In this document: in pieces, positions 48,101 through 61,435 of the stretch
How the letters are laid out: every line of letters starts with the position of its first letter
How positions within the stretch are numbered: the first letter of the stretch is position 1
Assembly: GCA_013239625.1 (NCBI GenBank)
Contig: MU053758.1
Span: 434,001 to 498,000, forward strand
Direction: 5' to 3'
Length of the DNA stretch: 64,000 nucleotides
Source: Lama guanicoe
Lineage: Eukaryota
The notes under the pieces: generated by a model
What the model saw: the letters and a program-made list of their open reading frames with translations, nothing else
Told to the model about the DNA's origin: nothing
The model's database searches: none
Position numbers and translations under genes: made by a program

Positions 48101-50329
48101 TGGGGGGAAGTACATCTTGTTTTCAAATTTAAAACACTGCCCTGAGGCACTTGACTAAGCTTGAAGTCCCTGCACCTTGGAAATCATTCTCCAGTTCGGG
48201 TAAGTGCTTAGTAAGTGTCAGCGTTTCCTCTCCTTGGATAGACCTGGCTCCGGAGGATGGAACTCTGCAAGGCCCGAAGTCTCTCTTGACCTTTCCTATA
48301 AAGATCTGCCTAAAGGTTTTTTTTTTCCCCCAGTTTCTTTACTATGCCCCAGATAGATATACAGACTTTCAGAGAATTCCTGCAAGTGATGAGAATGCAG
48401 AGCTGAGGAATTAACCCGCCCCCAGCAAAGCGCTGGCAAAGGCTTGTTGGCCCACCAGTGGAATATCTGGTGCGGTTGAAAGAGGCTGTGTTTTCGACTG
48501 ATCCTGGAACCGTGGAGCACTACTTGGAGTTTTGGGCGGCGGGATGGGGAGCGGTGGGCTCATAGCCGGGATCCCGCAGCTAAAGACGGGCACCTCTGGG
48601 GAGAGCGAAACGCGGCCTCTGTAGCCCCTCTAATCCTTGCCTCATCCCTCAAGTTCAGCCCCCAGTCACTCTTTGCTGTCCCATCCTTTCTCAAGTCACT
48701 CCTTGCTGTCCCAAACGTCCTCTGGGGATGAATAAGCGCCTGGTGATCACTAAGTCCTGGGAGGGAGCAGCTTTCTCTCAGTTTCCCCGGAACCAGAAAC
48801 TGAGCTGACAGCTCGTCCAGCTTTATCCAGCGTGGAAGGGCTGTCTGGAAAGGCCCATCTGCCAGATGTCTGGAGGAGCTGTGTCTTAGATCCCACCCCA
48901 ATTTTCTAGAGTTTTCTAGGTTCTTGGGTGGGCATCTGGCTGAGGCATCGAGGGAAGGAGGCTGAGGGAGTGCCGGATCTGAGGTCTCAGTTCTGCGGCT
49001 CTGAAGCCATTTCCATCAGAGTCCAATCTGGAACTTTTCTATGTCTTCTAAGCTTAAGAAGAGTCAGAGAAAATGATTAAGAAAAAAAACGAATCTCTCC
49101 CCATTTTCCAATAAAAATGGAATTCTGCAAGAGAAAATCCAAATGGGCAATGGTCTGAAATCTACACCCCATTCTCTCCAGAAAAAAAATCGTCCGGAAA
49201 ACTCTAGTACATTCAACAAAAGTAATGCATATAAATCTGTCACATGCGTAACCTTATTGACAAAACCAAGTCACAATCTCACATTTTAGTAAAATATCAG
49301 AAAAACAAATTAGGAAGAAACTAGATCAACAGAAGTCAATAGAAAAATGAGAGGACAAGAAAAGACAGTTCTCTGAAAAAGGACACATAACTTGCTTTTA
49401 ACATTGTGAACATAGGTTCAACCTCTATGAATATCAAAAATGCACAAAGCATTTGACATGTCCATTTCTAAGAATACATCAAACAGATACAGTTGCATAT
49501 ACGTACAGGGTAGAGTATATTGGTGAAGGAAAGAAAAGAAGAGAAAATTGGAAATAATCTAAATATCTGTCAATAGTTAAATAGATTGCGGCACATCCGT
49601 ACAATAAAATGGAGCTATTAAAATACATTAATAAAGATATAAACCAGTATTAACACTTTTTAAAAACTAAAAGACAAAATACAAAGCTATGTGTGTGGTA
49701 TGCTGCCATTTGTGTGAAAGGCTGTACTTGTAAGGATACAGAGGACTCTGGGAACACTGGTTGCTCCTGGAAAGAATGGCGGTCCAAAGTGGCAGAAGAA
49801 TTACTTTTCTTTTCAATCTATGTCCTTTTATAACTTCTGAATTCTGCCTTTGGCATGCAATGTCAAATTTATAAAAAGACTGAAATCTGGAATTTATTAT
49901 TTTAATAGTGTTTATTTTTAATCACATAGACAATAAAGTTTATTATGGAAGTTTTTGAAAACAGGAAAATTAAAACATGAATTACATTTCTGTTTATAAG
50001 ATCTGATCTACACAATCTTTATAACATATGTGGACTTCTCTCAGAAAATTAGAACTAATAAAAATCAGGCCATTGACATACTCTTTTTAAAAAATATAAA
50101 TAATTATTTTTTCTGAAGCAAGTTTTCCGAGTTCAACTTGACGAGGACAATGCTAAAGCAGGTACTTAGTTGGTAGTCCAGATAAAAAGTAGCAGCTAAC
50201 TTTTAGTTCCCAGACAGGTCTAGATATCTGAGTTCTCTGAGTAAAGAGTGTAAAGGGGAAATTATTTGCACCTTCAAAGCAAAAATTAAGCCAGACCTAG
50301 CCGTTCATTTTCCAGCTGAAATATATATT

Positions 50330-51000
50330 GTTGCGGGACTTCCTGCTATCTCCGGGTCGGCTTGGCTTTGTACATCGTGGGGCTTGTTGCCCAGGGACGG
50401 CCGAGCCGCTCTGGGAGATGCTGTTCTGGCGGCCACTTGGCAGGGAGTCGGCGGGCGACGCGAGCTGGGGCTGCCCGGGTGGGTGCCTCCAGAGGGACGG
50501 GGACATACGGGGATGGAGACCGGACAAGGCTAAGATGCGCCCTTCCCTGATGGGAGTAAATTCTCCCGGAGAGAAATGCCTCCCCGACCCCTAGGCGGAC
50601 GCGAGGTCTCTGACTCCAGAGTCCCTCGCTCCCCCAACCCCCCGTGACCGCCGGCCCGCTGCGGGGCATCTCACCGGGTTGGGCCGGCTCTCGCGCGTTA
50701 TTCAAAAGAAAGGCAGCCCATTGAGATTATCTGAGGATTTGGTGAGGAAGTCAGAGGGCCTGAAGTTCTCCTGAACCCTGCACAGAGCTAGGGGGCCGGG
50801 AGAGAAAAGTGAGCTTGAGCGGGCGGCCCCTGTGGTCCGCTGCTCCCACCTGTTTCGGTTGGGATGGCTCTGGGCACTGGCTCTTTGCGTCCCTGGAGCG
50901 ACCAGTGACTGATGCCAATCTGTGCAGGAGAAACGTGAGTCTGGGGTCCAAATTCTCCCCTTTCCTGTCTCGGCCGGCGCATCAGTTATCTTCCCATTCT
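50330..51000. promoter_or_regulatory. CpG island
   Basis: CpG-dense, GC-rich block. Confidence 0.7.
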
Positions 51001-54000
51001 CTCTCACTAAAAACATAAGGAAAACGAGGCTCAGAAAGATGAAAGATATCTGTTGGATTTGGGTCAAGAAAGAGATCTTGGGAAGATTTCTTGGCCAGCA
51101 GGATCCTTGGCGACCCCGAGAATGAATTCTGTGAAGGGGAACAGACTCCAAGTCACCAATTTCCTCCTTTCTCTCCCTTCCTGGGGATTCTGTTACCCAT
51201 TTTCGGTCCCTTCCAAAGGAACTTCTAAGTGAAAGAAAGATCGGAGTCAGCCCAGCTAGTCCCTGGGAATCTAGTTCCTTTGTCACATTGTCCCCCACAT
51301 GACTGGTGTGGCTAAAAAGGGAGGGGAGGAGGGCTTGAAATCTGCATCTTTGCCTTAATGATCCAGATTTCTTTGTGTAAATATGGTTGTGGCTCTGTCA
51401 CATCAGGCAAGAGGAGATGACTAAGCAGACTAATAATAAAAATAAAAAGTCACTGGCTTTGGAGGATTTTTAAGTTATAGGTATGTCTCTGGTTCTGCTT
51501 CTGGCCTGAAACCTGATCAAGGATTAGACTTGTCATCAGTGGGATTGCCCTAGGTTGTTTTGTTTATAGATAACAAGCCAAAACTCTTCCTCTTCAATAC
51601 TGAAGTAGAGGTGAGAGATTTTCCCCCATGGAGGTGAGGGGCTGTACGCCTAGATTAGAGCAGAAAGGGTCTGACCACCTCCCCTCAGGAGTTAACAGCT
51701 CAGGGAAAGTGAAAATTCCAGCCTATCAACTACTGTTTGATCGAAGAAAAGCCAAACAGTGGTTCTGGCTGGTTTCTCCTAGAATTGGCTGAGCTGGCTG
51801 ATCATTCTGGCATCTGAGAAGGCCAATTTAGCAGTGCTAAGCTGGGCGATCTGTATCTGTGTCAACACGGTCCTGGTAGATCCCAGTCCCTGCTGCCCTC
51901 CTGTCCAGCTTGCTAGGACCCCCGTCCCCACCCCCACTCTGCATGTGCTGAAATTTCCTAGTTTCTTTGCTCCAGTTTCTATGCCCCTTCTTTTTTCTAC
52001 ATATGCTCCCATCTGGCCCTCTGGCCCTCTGTCTATCACAAATTGCATCCATTTTTCTAGGCGGGAGTCCTCTGAATTCAGTTGTTCACGTCTGGTGAAA
52101 AAAATTAATGGATCATTGGTTAATTGACTCAAATGTTGGGTCAGAGTATCTGTGTGAGGGCGCAGCTGCTATCTGTGGTTCTGTCGGTCTGTCTTTTCGC
52201 AGGCAGAGCTCGTGGGTACCATTTTGGAGGCCTTATGGACTGGATGAGCTGCTCCCCTGGGAAGGGTGACCCACCCACGTGTGTTTATTAAATTCCCATA
52301 CACTTTGAAATGATATAAAGTTTTCTTCCTTCCTGACACTGAAAATTCAAGTAGGTCAGAGAGGGAAGAGGATTTTGTTTTGTTTCAGTTTGGACTCTCC
52401 TTGGCCTTGGCCATGAATGGAAAAAAAAAAATTCCAGGCCGAGATTCCAGCTGAGACAGACTTTCTTTGGCCATTTGGAAGGACCTCACTTCAGGGACCA
52501 GCCAAAACAGAGTTCTGGGGTCCAGAGGGAGCTGAGGGGTGTTTGGAATCCAGCTTCCCTTTTCCTAAAAAAATACATTCTGGCATCCAAATCAAGGAAA
52601 GAAATTAAAAGAGGCAAAAGGGAAAAGAAAACCAGGAAGAAAACAAGCTGGGGAGGCCTTTCCTGGCTCAGAACTGGCTCAGTACAGGGCCCCTGGCAAA
52701 GCCTCCACACGCAACTCAGGGGCCTGACCAAGACTAAGAAGAAAAACTCTATCCATCTCCTCTTCCTTAAGTCTCCCCTTCCTTTCTTCCTCCCCCCACC
52801 AAAGACCCCTCCCTTCTCTAGGCCAGACAATCCAGAGTCTCCTGTCCCTTCTTTGGTTGAACACTGGGTGGGCAACTCAACAACTCATGGCCCTGGACCC
52901 CCTGCTCCTCTCCCCCCACCCCCGCCCCAGCACTGCCTTGATCTGGGAAGGAGCCTGGCAGATAGGTATCACTGCTCTGAGTAGCCAGACTGCTTCCCTT
53001 CCCACCGTATCTTCTGACTCTTCTTTAACTGAGCATGTTCAGCCCCCCAACCCCACCACCTCAAAAGAGTCTAAAAAATATCAGCTCTCTGATGTAGACT
53101 CAGGACCAGGCCTGCAATGCTAATGGAATTAGGGCGGCCCCACACTCATTCTGGGAAGGAGCCTGTTTTCTAGATGTGGAGCCTGGAGTAAAGGGCTTTT
53201 AAGTTAGACAGAAAGGAGCATAAATCCTAGACGAGAGCAATTCCGTCCTTGCACAGCACAGCTCTCTTGACGGGAGGCAGACGTGTATCTTGGATACTAC
53301 AGACCAAATTTCAGAGACCCCAGCAGTAGGAGGAGCTGTAGCTGTCAGGTCAGCTGATGCAAAATTCAGCATAAATTTCTATTCTGCAGTGAGATGGCTC
53401 CCCATGTCCTTTGCAGCCACTGCAAAACAAGTAACTAAAATACATAAATGTGCACGTGTGCACAAAACACCAGATTGTCTAAGAAGAAACCCTGTCAAAT
53501 TAGCAGTTGGGAAAACAAGACTCAATCTCTTAATATCCCTAGGCAGCTGAGTGAGCTCTCTTTAAGCTAAAGTCACACTTATGTTTCACCCCAAGGCCAT
53601 CGAAGGATAAATATAAGTTTCATGTAAGTCTCTGGAGAGGATCACAAGCAGCTCATTACTCAGAATGGATTATGTGAGATTCAGTTTATGAGGGCAAATT
53701 ACATTTCACACATGAGTCACCTTGAATAACCCAATAATTAATTAAAACCATGTTGTGCAGGGGATAATTTATTACATTCAGTGGCTTTTTATGAGCTAGG
53801 TGTAGTTTGGAAATGAAAAATGTGAGGACTCTTCAGTGATGTCTGCGCCCGCATTCTGCACTGGCTCAGGGAGACTCCCTCTTGCCAGGTCCCAGAGAGC
53901 CAAGTCATCGGGGGCGGGGGACTTCAGCTTGGAAGGGTAGAGCCATTAATTGCAGCTGAGTTGGACCCTCTTCAGCTTCTGTACCAGGGCCCACTCAGTG

Positions 54001-55314
54001 TTTCCTGGAGTTCCTCTCGGAGACGAGTTGGGGCTTTCAGGTAATTTATGCACCAAAGCTGGGAGCCCTGGAAAGAGGGAAGGGGTGTGGGCAGCAGAGA
54101 AGGGGTTTAGAGATGAGATAAAATCTTGGCTCCAGGCTCTTTGGCAGTTCTTTCGAAAGAGGAGTGGGTACTCTTCTCCATGCTGGGAGGTCACAGCTTC
54201 TCTGGCTGGGCACCAACAAGCCCAGGTCTCTTTCTGGCTTTGGGGGGTAGTTTGTTGGGGGCAGTTTCTCTGGAGACATGGGGATGGAACAAGGTTGTAG
54301 GTAGGTTCATCTTCCTCCAGTGGAAATCCTCACCTTCTCCTTGGACACCACCAAATATAAAAGAAACAACTGGTTGGTAACATATGTCATAATCTTTATA
54401 CAGAATCTCCACTTCCCTCATCTTTGTTGGTTTCCAAGCACCCCTGTGTGGAAGGCTAGGTGGAGACAATCACTCCCACTTTACAGATGAGGAGACTGAG
54501 GGTCAGAGAGAGGATCTGGCCAGTCCAAGGACAGACAGCTGGCAACATGTGCCAGAGCAGGGAGAGATGTTCAAGCTTCCCGTTCAAGCTCCCCGTGTCA
54601 ATAATGCCCTAGGGGCAGGAAGGAGCCAGAGATGGCAGAGCTAGTCTGGCCACTCTACCTTGGAACCAGACCATGTTCTTTGTTTCCCTTGGGAAGCATG
54701 GAGGTCTCTGGGGACATTCTCAAGGAAGGGATCAGACTCCCCCAGTGGCAGTAATCTTGCCTCTAGATCTAGAGCCATGTAGTCAGTCTTTGACATTCCT
54801 CGAAACCTGGATAAGCCAGACTCATCAGAGGATCTCATTTTTGGCGGCCTGGGAGTAGGAGGTGGAGGGAGGCCCCCCATTCTGAGAGCAATAAGGGAAC
54901 CAAAGGAAGGCAGGATGTTGTGACCTGTGTGGGGAGGAGCATTGCCTGGCTCAGCTCCACTTTCTTTGGGAGGGGGCGGAAGCAACTGTGCAACTCTGTC
55001 TACAGCCAGCTGCCCTAGACAGTGGGGCAGAAATCTGTACGAATAAGTTGTTTGAGCTAACGTAGAACACTAATCTTTTTTTGAAGATGACCAATACTTT
55101 TGGGAACTGGGTTGATCTGGGTTTTTAAATAAGTGGTACAAGAAAAAGTGAGATAAGGAAACTGCTATAGGTTATAAGAAAGTTGAGACCTATTAACGAA
55201 GTGCAGCATGTGACTTTGTTCCACTTATGAGTTGAACCAACTGACTGTAAAAAGATAATTTTGAGACAACTGAGGAAACTGAAACATGAATAGTATTAAG
55301 AGATTATTGTTGGT

Positions 55315-55437
55315 GGGGGGAGGGTATAGCTCAGTGGTAGAGGGTGTGCTTAACATGCATGAGGTCCTGGGTTTAATCCCCAGTACCTCCGTTAAGTAAG
55401 TCAGTAAATAAATCAATCAACCAAACCCCTCCCACAA
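55315..55437 (+). mobile_element. tRNA-derived SINE inserted in an old L1 3' fragment
   Basis: GGGGAGGGTATAGCTCAGTGG head; TSD agattattgtt / agattatcgtt. Confidence 0.88.
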
Positions 55438-56589
55438 AAGATTATCGTTAATTTTGTTATGTGTGATAATCACATGAAGTTTTTGTTAAAAAAAAAAGGA
55501 AGAAAAGAAAAAGAAAGTCCTTATCTTTGACTGAAATGATGTCTGAGATTTGCTTTAAAATACTCCAGAAGAAAAAAAACTGAAATAAGATTGATTTTGG
55601 GTTGATCATTGTTGACACTGAATGATGGGTTTAAAGGGGAATATTCTTTTGTTTGTATAAATTTTACTTTTTATTTTTACTGTTTACTTTTCTGTATATG
55701 TGAAATTTGCCACTAGAAAACAAATCAATAAAGCTGTGGATCCACATCCCAGAACCACCCCCAACTTTCACCCTTAATATTAAGGGGTGAACCTTTGAGA
55801 TGCCCCCATAGAATCAAGTTCAGAATCTTCAGGCTCATCAAAAACCCATTTTTTTCCCCCAGGGAGAGAGCAGGATTGGAAAATGTTTTGGCACCAGACT
55901 GACTCCACAGTGTTTTTTTTTCTCTGCGGTGTGGGCAACGGGGCCATCAGACACTGGGGAGTCTGGATCTCTGGGGATTCAGCTATAGGTGAAAATTTCC
56001 AGGCATAGCTCCCTCCTGGCTCTTACCGACAAAGCTCTGAAGTGAAACGGTGGCAGAAGTTGGGTGGGGATAAGGGAACTCAGCTAAGTCCCTACCTTTG
56101 TGGTTTTATAAATCATGGGGAACACAGAAAAATTACTGTGTATTCTTGAAATTTATATAATATTATATACATCAACTATACCTCAATTTAAAAAATGCTG
56201 TGTGTTAAAGTGTTCATTTTGGAGCCAATATTTTATTATTTCCAAATCTGTTTATTTCCACCCTTTAAAAAAATAACTTCCCAAATATTTTAGGTCTATT
56301 TTTAGTACCAGTTTGCACCTTTAAATGAGGTTTATTTCCATTTTAAACATTGGAAACGACTTGGTGTTTGAATAGGGAAGAGAAAGTGAAATGGTCAGAG
56401 GCTGGATTTGGTGCCATAAAGACCCGTGTTGGAGTCCAGGCTTCATTATTCACTAGCCTCTAGAAGTTGGACAAATTAATCTTCTAAACCTCAGTTTTCT
56501 CACCTACAAAACAGGAGTAACGATCGCCCTCTACCCAGGTCGAGATTTGTGAGAATTAAATGAAAGTTGCATACTGACAGTTCTGGGCA

Positions 56590-57030
56590 CAACGGGGCAC
56601 ACTGGTTACAACGACGAGGAGGATTCCAAAGGAGCCGCCGCAAGAAGCCGGAGGGCGATGCGCAGGGATGCAGGGATGTAGGGGCGCGAGGTGCTGGCCA
56701 AAGTGGCGTCCAGGGAGCTGCGTCCTAAGCCCGGGGCGGGCAGGCGGCAGCGCGCCGCCCTCCGACGCACTAAGCGGGTTTTGGTCCAGCGGGAACTTCT
56801 GCCTTAAGGTAGAAACTCCGCCTGAAGGTGCGGGATCCCTGATGGGCAAGATGCACCTACTGACATAGACGAGGTCTCTGAGTGGGTGGAAGGAAGGTCT
56901 GGCTCCCATGCTCTCCAGCTGTGCCTTTGAGATTAGAGACCTCACCCGCCGGTGGGGCGGCTCTGCCATCCGCGAGCAGGCGGGTAAAGCTCGCTGGGTG
57001 CGGTGTCTTCTGTCGCATTGCTGAAAAATC
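56590..57030. promoter_or_regulatory. CpG island with GC box
   Basis: CpG-dense; contains GGGGCGGG and gcagcgcgccgccc. Confidence 0.7.
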
Positions 57031-58708
57031 TGCCCGACCATGTGTTTACACACAAGGAATGAAAGGAGTTAAGGCTCTTGGACAAAAGGGAGAAAGCCCT
57101 TAGACTGTCCCTCGTTTTGGTGGAGAGGTTCTGGTTTTCCTTGGGAGCCACGTAGCCTACCTAACATGCACGGGTCTCAGGCCACGAGACCAGAAGCTCC
57201 TCCACGGTCCATCCGCGCCTTCCCTGGTCCAAGGCTTGGCCTGCATCCCTGGGACAGATGATTCCTGAGGCTAGAAAAATCATGCAGATGGGGCGAGCAG
57301 GGAACAAACGAGGCAGAACCAAAGATAGGCTAGTGTGGGGGATTCCAACCCACCGTCGGAGAGCACCCCAATCCCTGTCTGCATCACCTCCCAAACACAC
57401 ACAGGTAGCTGGAAGTGGAGGCTGGGCCGGCTGCTAGATCCCAGGGATACTGAGGGACTGGACGGGATGGAAAGATGTGGTCTGCTTCCCATGACCTGTC
57501 CCTAATCCCCCATCTGGGCCTCTAGGGCTAAGCCCATTTTGTTCCTCCAGAAAGTTTTCCAGGTCAACCTCAGAAATAAGAAACTAGGAGTCCTGGCGTT
57601 GCCTGGTGGAGCTGAAGCAGCCAGGCCAGCAGTCCCTCAGCCTGGGATGGGGTGCTCTTGTGACCAAGCTTGGTAGACATGGAGCTCAGACTTGAAAACC
57701 ACCCTGAACTTGTGAAACCATTTTATGTACTCACTCAAAAGTCCCTGTCTGCCTAACTTCTGGGACTCCCTGGGGGAGGCACAGAGAGGGATAATCAGGG
57801 CATCCCTGGAAGTTCCAAGCTCACATCCAGCTGCCACAGAACAGTTTGGTGTTCTCCATCCCTCCTCCTGCTCCCACTACGGCAGCACAGAGCTGTCTAG
57901 AATTACAGAGCTGAATATCAATTTCCTGCAATCAACTTATTCTGACATGGGCAAGACACGTTTCTTTCCCACAGCTTCTGCCACCCAGCCACTCAAGCAC
58001 ATAGCACCAAATGATCTCTAAGGATCCTCCCAATTCCAAACACCAACTGACTGCTTTGGGTAACTAGGGAATTTGGGGCTTCCTAGTCTAAGCTTCTAGA
58101 TCCTTAGCCCCTGATATTAGCTTCTACACAGGAGCTTCCAAGATCAGAATCTCCTCCCAAGCCCTACCCTGGCCCTATAAGCAATGAGAGGGGAGAGCAA
58201 AGATCATCATGTCTCTGGGGAAAGATTTCTGGCATCTGGCACAATAGCAGCCACAATCCCCTCCCATCATGGATAAAGCTATGGACTAGATGGAGATCAG
58301 ATTTTTAAAAAATTAATGGGTGATTTCTCCAGTTAAAGTGCAGGGCATTTCATCTACCCTGTCAGAACTCTTAGAATACCTCCAAAGGAGGCTAAAGTTT
58401 AAGCCCAAGTGTTCCAGAGCTGAGCAGATTATGAGCCAAGAGCTCTGCTCCAATCCCAAATCTCGCTTAGATGAAGGAGTTCCATATGTATGGCCCAGTA
58501 TCAGCTCTGGACATCTAGGGTCACACTGTAGACAATTGGACAGATTCCTCCAGTCTCATAAGGTGTCAGGGTCTGGGGTAAATGGCTAGCACAGAACCCT
58601 GGGGGGTCTAACTGAGATAGACTTTCATCCAAGTCAGGATCCTCAGATGGTAACCAGGAACTACCAAGTGTTCATCGCAGGCTGGGGCTGGGATAAAGAA
58701 AGGCAGAT

Positions 58709-58709
<1 letters not shown>

Positions 58710-58741
<32 letters not shown>
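58710..58741. repeat. (TG)n microsatellite
   Basis: About 16 TG units; a second, imperfect TG run lies at ~58920-58948. Confidence 0.95.
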
Positions 58742-58743
<2 letters not shown>

Positions 58744-60999
58744 AGCCAGACACTCTTGAAGTTATTTTCAAGCCTTTACTGAGTTCTAAGAAGGTATTCC
58801 TTTGTGGCACCTTTCCCTCCCATCTTGGCTGTGCTCCTTCAAAGACAGGAACCCATGAACACCATGGACAGGACAGGTCTTAGAAGGCACAGATTTTGGA
58901 CCATTTTACTTTGCTTCATTGTGTATGTGTATGTGTGTGTGTGTGTGTATGAAATGCTTGTCTGTCTCCTCTGCCAACTTTGTTTCTTGGAAAAGACAAC
59001 TCAGAGAGAAGGGAAAGGCTTTTGCTGTGGTGGTAGGGGGACAGAGAAGAGAGAAGGGGGAAGCGGGCCACAAGACAGTCAAGCTCTGCACCGTTGGAAG
59101 GGTCTCAGGTCTCTCAACAAGGAAAATGGGGGAAATCAGAGCAAGAAATTAAATCTCTCTACCTGTACCTTCCCCTAAGCCTCAAACCTACAGCTCCACT
59201 TCAGGCCGAATAGGTGGGTTTGGGACTGGAGGGGCCAGGGTCTTGGTGCTGACATTCCTCTTGATTTCAGGAATGAAAACTTAGGGTTTGTCTCTAGTAG
59301 AGTCTGTGCACTAGTAGCCAGAATGTGTTCTAATAATTATCACCTACATCCACATTCCCTGAGGGAAAAAACAAGATAGAGCTTGGGGGTGGGGTGGGGT
59401 TGTAGCGACTCAGATTGCTTTCTAGAATTTGCAGGTAGCTTTTATATATATATTCCCCATTCCTGAGCCCCATCCAGGGTCCCAGGGACTGGAACAAAGG
59501 AAGCTGAGTCTCCCAGGACCCTGGAAGCTGCTGCAAACCCCAAACATGTTGGTTGTGGGCTCGGACTTGAGGATCCCACTCCTGTCAGTGGGCTTTGAGG
59601 ATCCGCACCCGAGTCTGTAGTGGGTGGGGAGGCTGGAGGGCTCCTCCGGGAATTACAGGTGAGGGTGGAGGAAGTGATCTCCCACACCAATTTCATAGCT
59701 TTTAATGGACTGCTTCGGAGTTTACACCCTAGGGCCGATCTACACCCTAGAGCCGATCTTCCCAGCTGAGTCAGGACATGATGGTTGCTTCACAGAGGCC
59801 AGGTCTCGGGGCTGGGCTCCCTCAAGGACCTAATAATTGTGCCCCGCCCTAAACCTGCGTGGAATAATCAGTGGTGAGTGTAGTGGCCTCTTTCTGGCTC
59901 TCTGTGCGGTTTTCCTCCACACTAACGCCCTTAACCTCCAGGAACGCTCCCTTCCCTGCTCCTGCCTGCCTGCCCGCAACTCTTCTGCCCAAAGTGAACA
60001 CTGACTCAGACTTAAAGCGTAGCTGGTCCAGACCTCCCCTCCTTACACAGGGTGGATAGGAAAACGGAGGCTCAGAGAGGGGAAATGACTTTGCCCACCG
60101 CATCAAGCTAGATTAAAATCTTGCCTAAACCTTGCGCTCCACAGTGCGGCCCCGTAGGTCCAGCTTTCCTACTGGCTGGGGGCCAGATGTGGCAGAAAAT
60201 CTTTGGGTTGGGGCTGCACGGTGACTGAGGTTGGCGTCCCAGCAAAGCGCAGGATCAGAAGAAGGGGCTGGGGCCTCTGGGGCCTGTGGGCCTTCCTATC
60301 GGCTGGCAAGGAGTGGCTGGCCCTCCGGCTCGCCCAGTGCTGCAGGATAGGGGTTCTGTTCCCCCACGCCTTCTCACTCCCTGCCTCCCTCCCTTGACTC
60401 TACACCCCACTCACGGTTCCTGGGCTCAAAGTTTCTCGGTTTCTCAGGGCAGAGGCGGCCGTCTGGCCAGCACTAGCTTCTCCCCTTAGCAGATCATATT
60501 TGATTGCTCCTCAGATCCACTTGCTCCGTGGTGGAGGCCACAGTCAGCTCTAACTTTGTAGCTGGTTCCCTCAGGCTCGGCCCCTGAAGCACTTGGGTTT
60601 GTCCTGAGAGTCCTGATCCCACTGATGTCGCAGGGCTGTCCGGGTGAGAGGGACTCCGAAGTAATGGTGGCCTCCTCCTGGCCAGCCAGACCTCTACTCT
60701 CTGGCTCCATGCTGGCCCCGTTGTCCAAAAGATTTTCCTCGGCAGCCCAGCGAGGCCCCATTTGACTTCTTTTCAAGGAGAAGGGCCAGGGTGGCCTGTC
60801 ATCCCCAATGGGGACTGGCTGTTCTAGCCGCTGGTGGGGCTCCTTGGCCGGCCATACTGCTCCAGGACCGCCCTGCGAGGCCTCCCAGCCAAGGGCAGGC
60901 TTCAGCCGTGGGGAGCTGCCGACAGGCCCTGTGCGGACTTCGGAGAAGAACAATGGAAAACTGAGAGGGCCGGGAAGGGAAGACGACTGTGCCTGTTGA

Positions 61000-61435
61000 G
61001 GGACAGGACAGGTAGAGAAAAGTAAAACGGAAACAAGAGAGAAAGAAATAGAAAAAAAGAAAAGAAATAGATGAGGGAGAAAAACAGAAAAGGAGGGAAG
61101 AAAGAAGAGAAAACGAAAGAAAGAAAAACGAGAAAAGAAGAAGCTAGCAAACCAACAAACCAAAAACCCAGTGTAAGTGACAGAATGGGAGAAAGGAACC
61201 AAAAGAAAAATAAAGGTAAACGGGGATAGTTTGGGTGGAGAGAAAGTAAGCACTAACGACAAAAAGAAAGAAAAGAACGCTCCCAAAGCAAGATAACCAA
61301 AATTGAAGGAAATGAAGGCAGAAAGAAAAATACAAATATAAAAAGGAAAGAAAGATACCAAAAGACTAAAGGCGGATGAGAGGACGTACAGACAGAAAGG
61401 AAGGCTGGAAGAAAAGCGGAAAGAAAGGAAAGAAC
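61000..61435 (+). repeat. Low-complexity A/G-rich (polypurine) tract
   Basis: Strongly purine-biased on the + strand (gaaaa, aaagaaag), nearly pure A/G over ~61015-61145. Confidence 0.85.
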
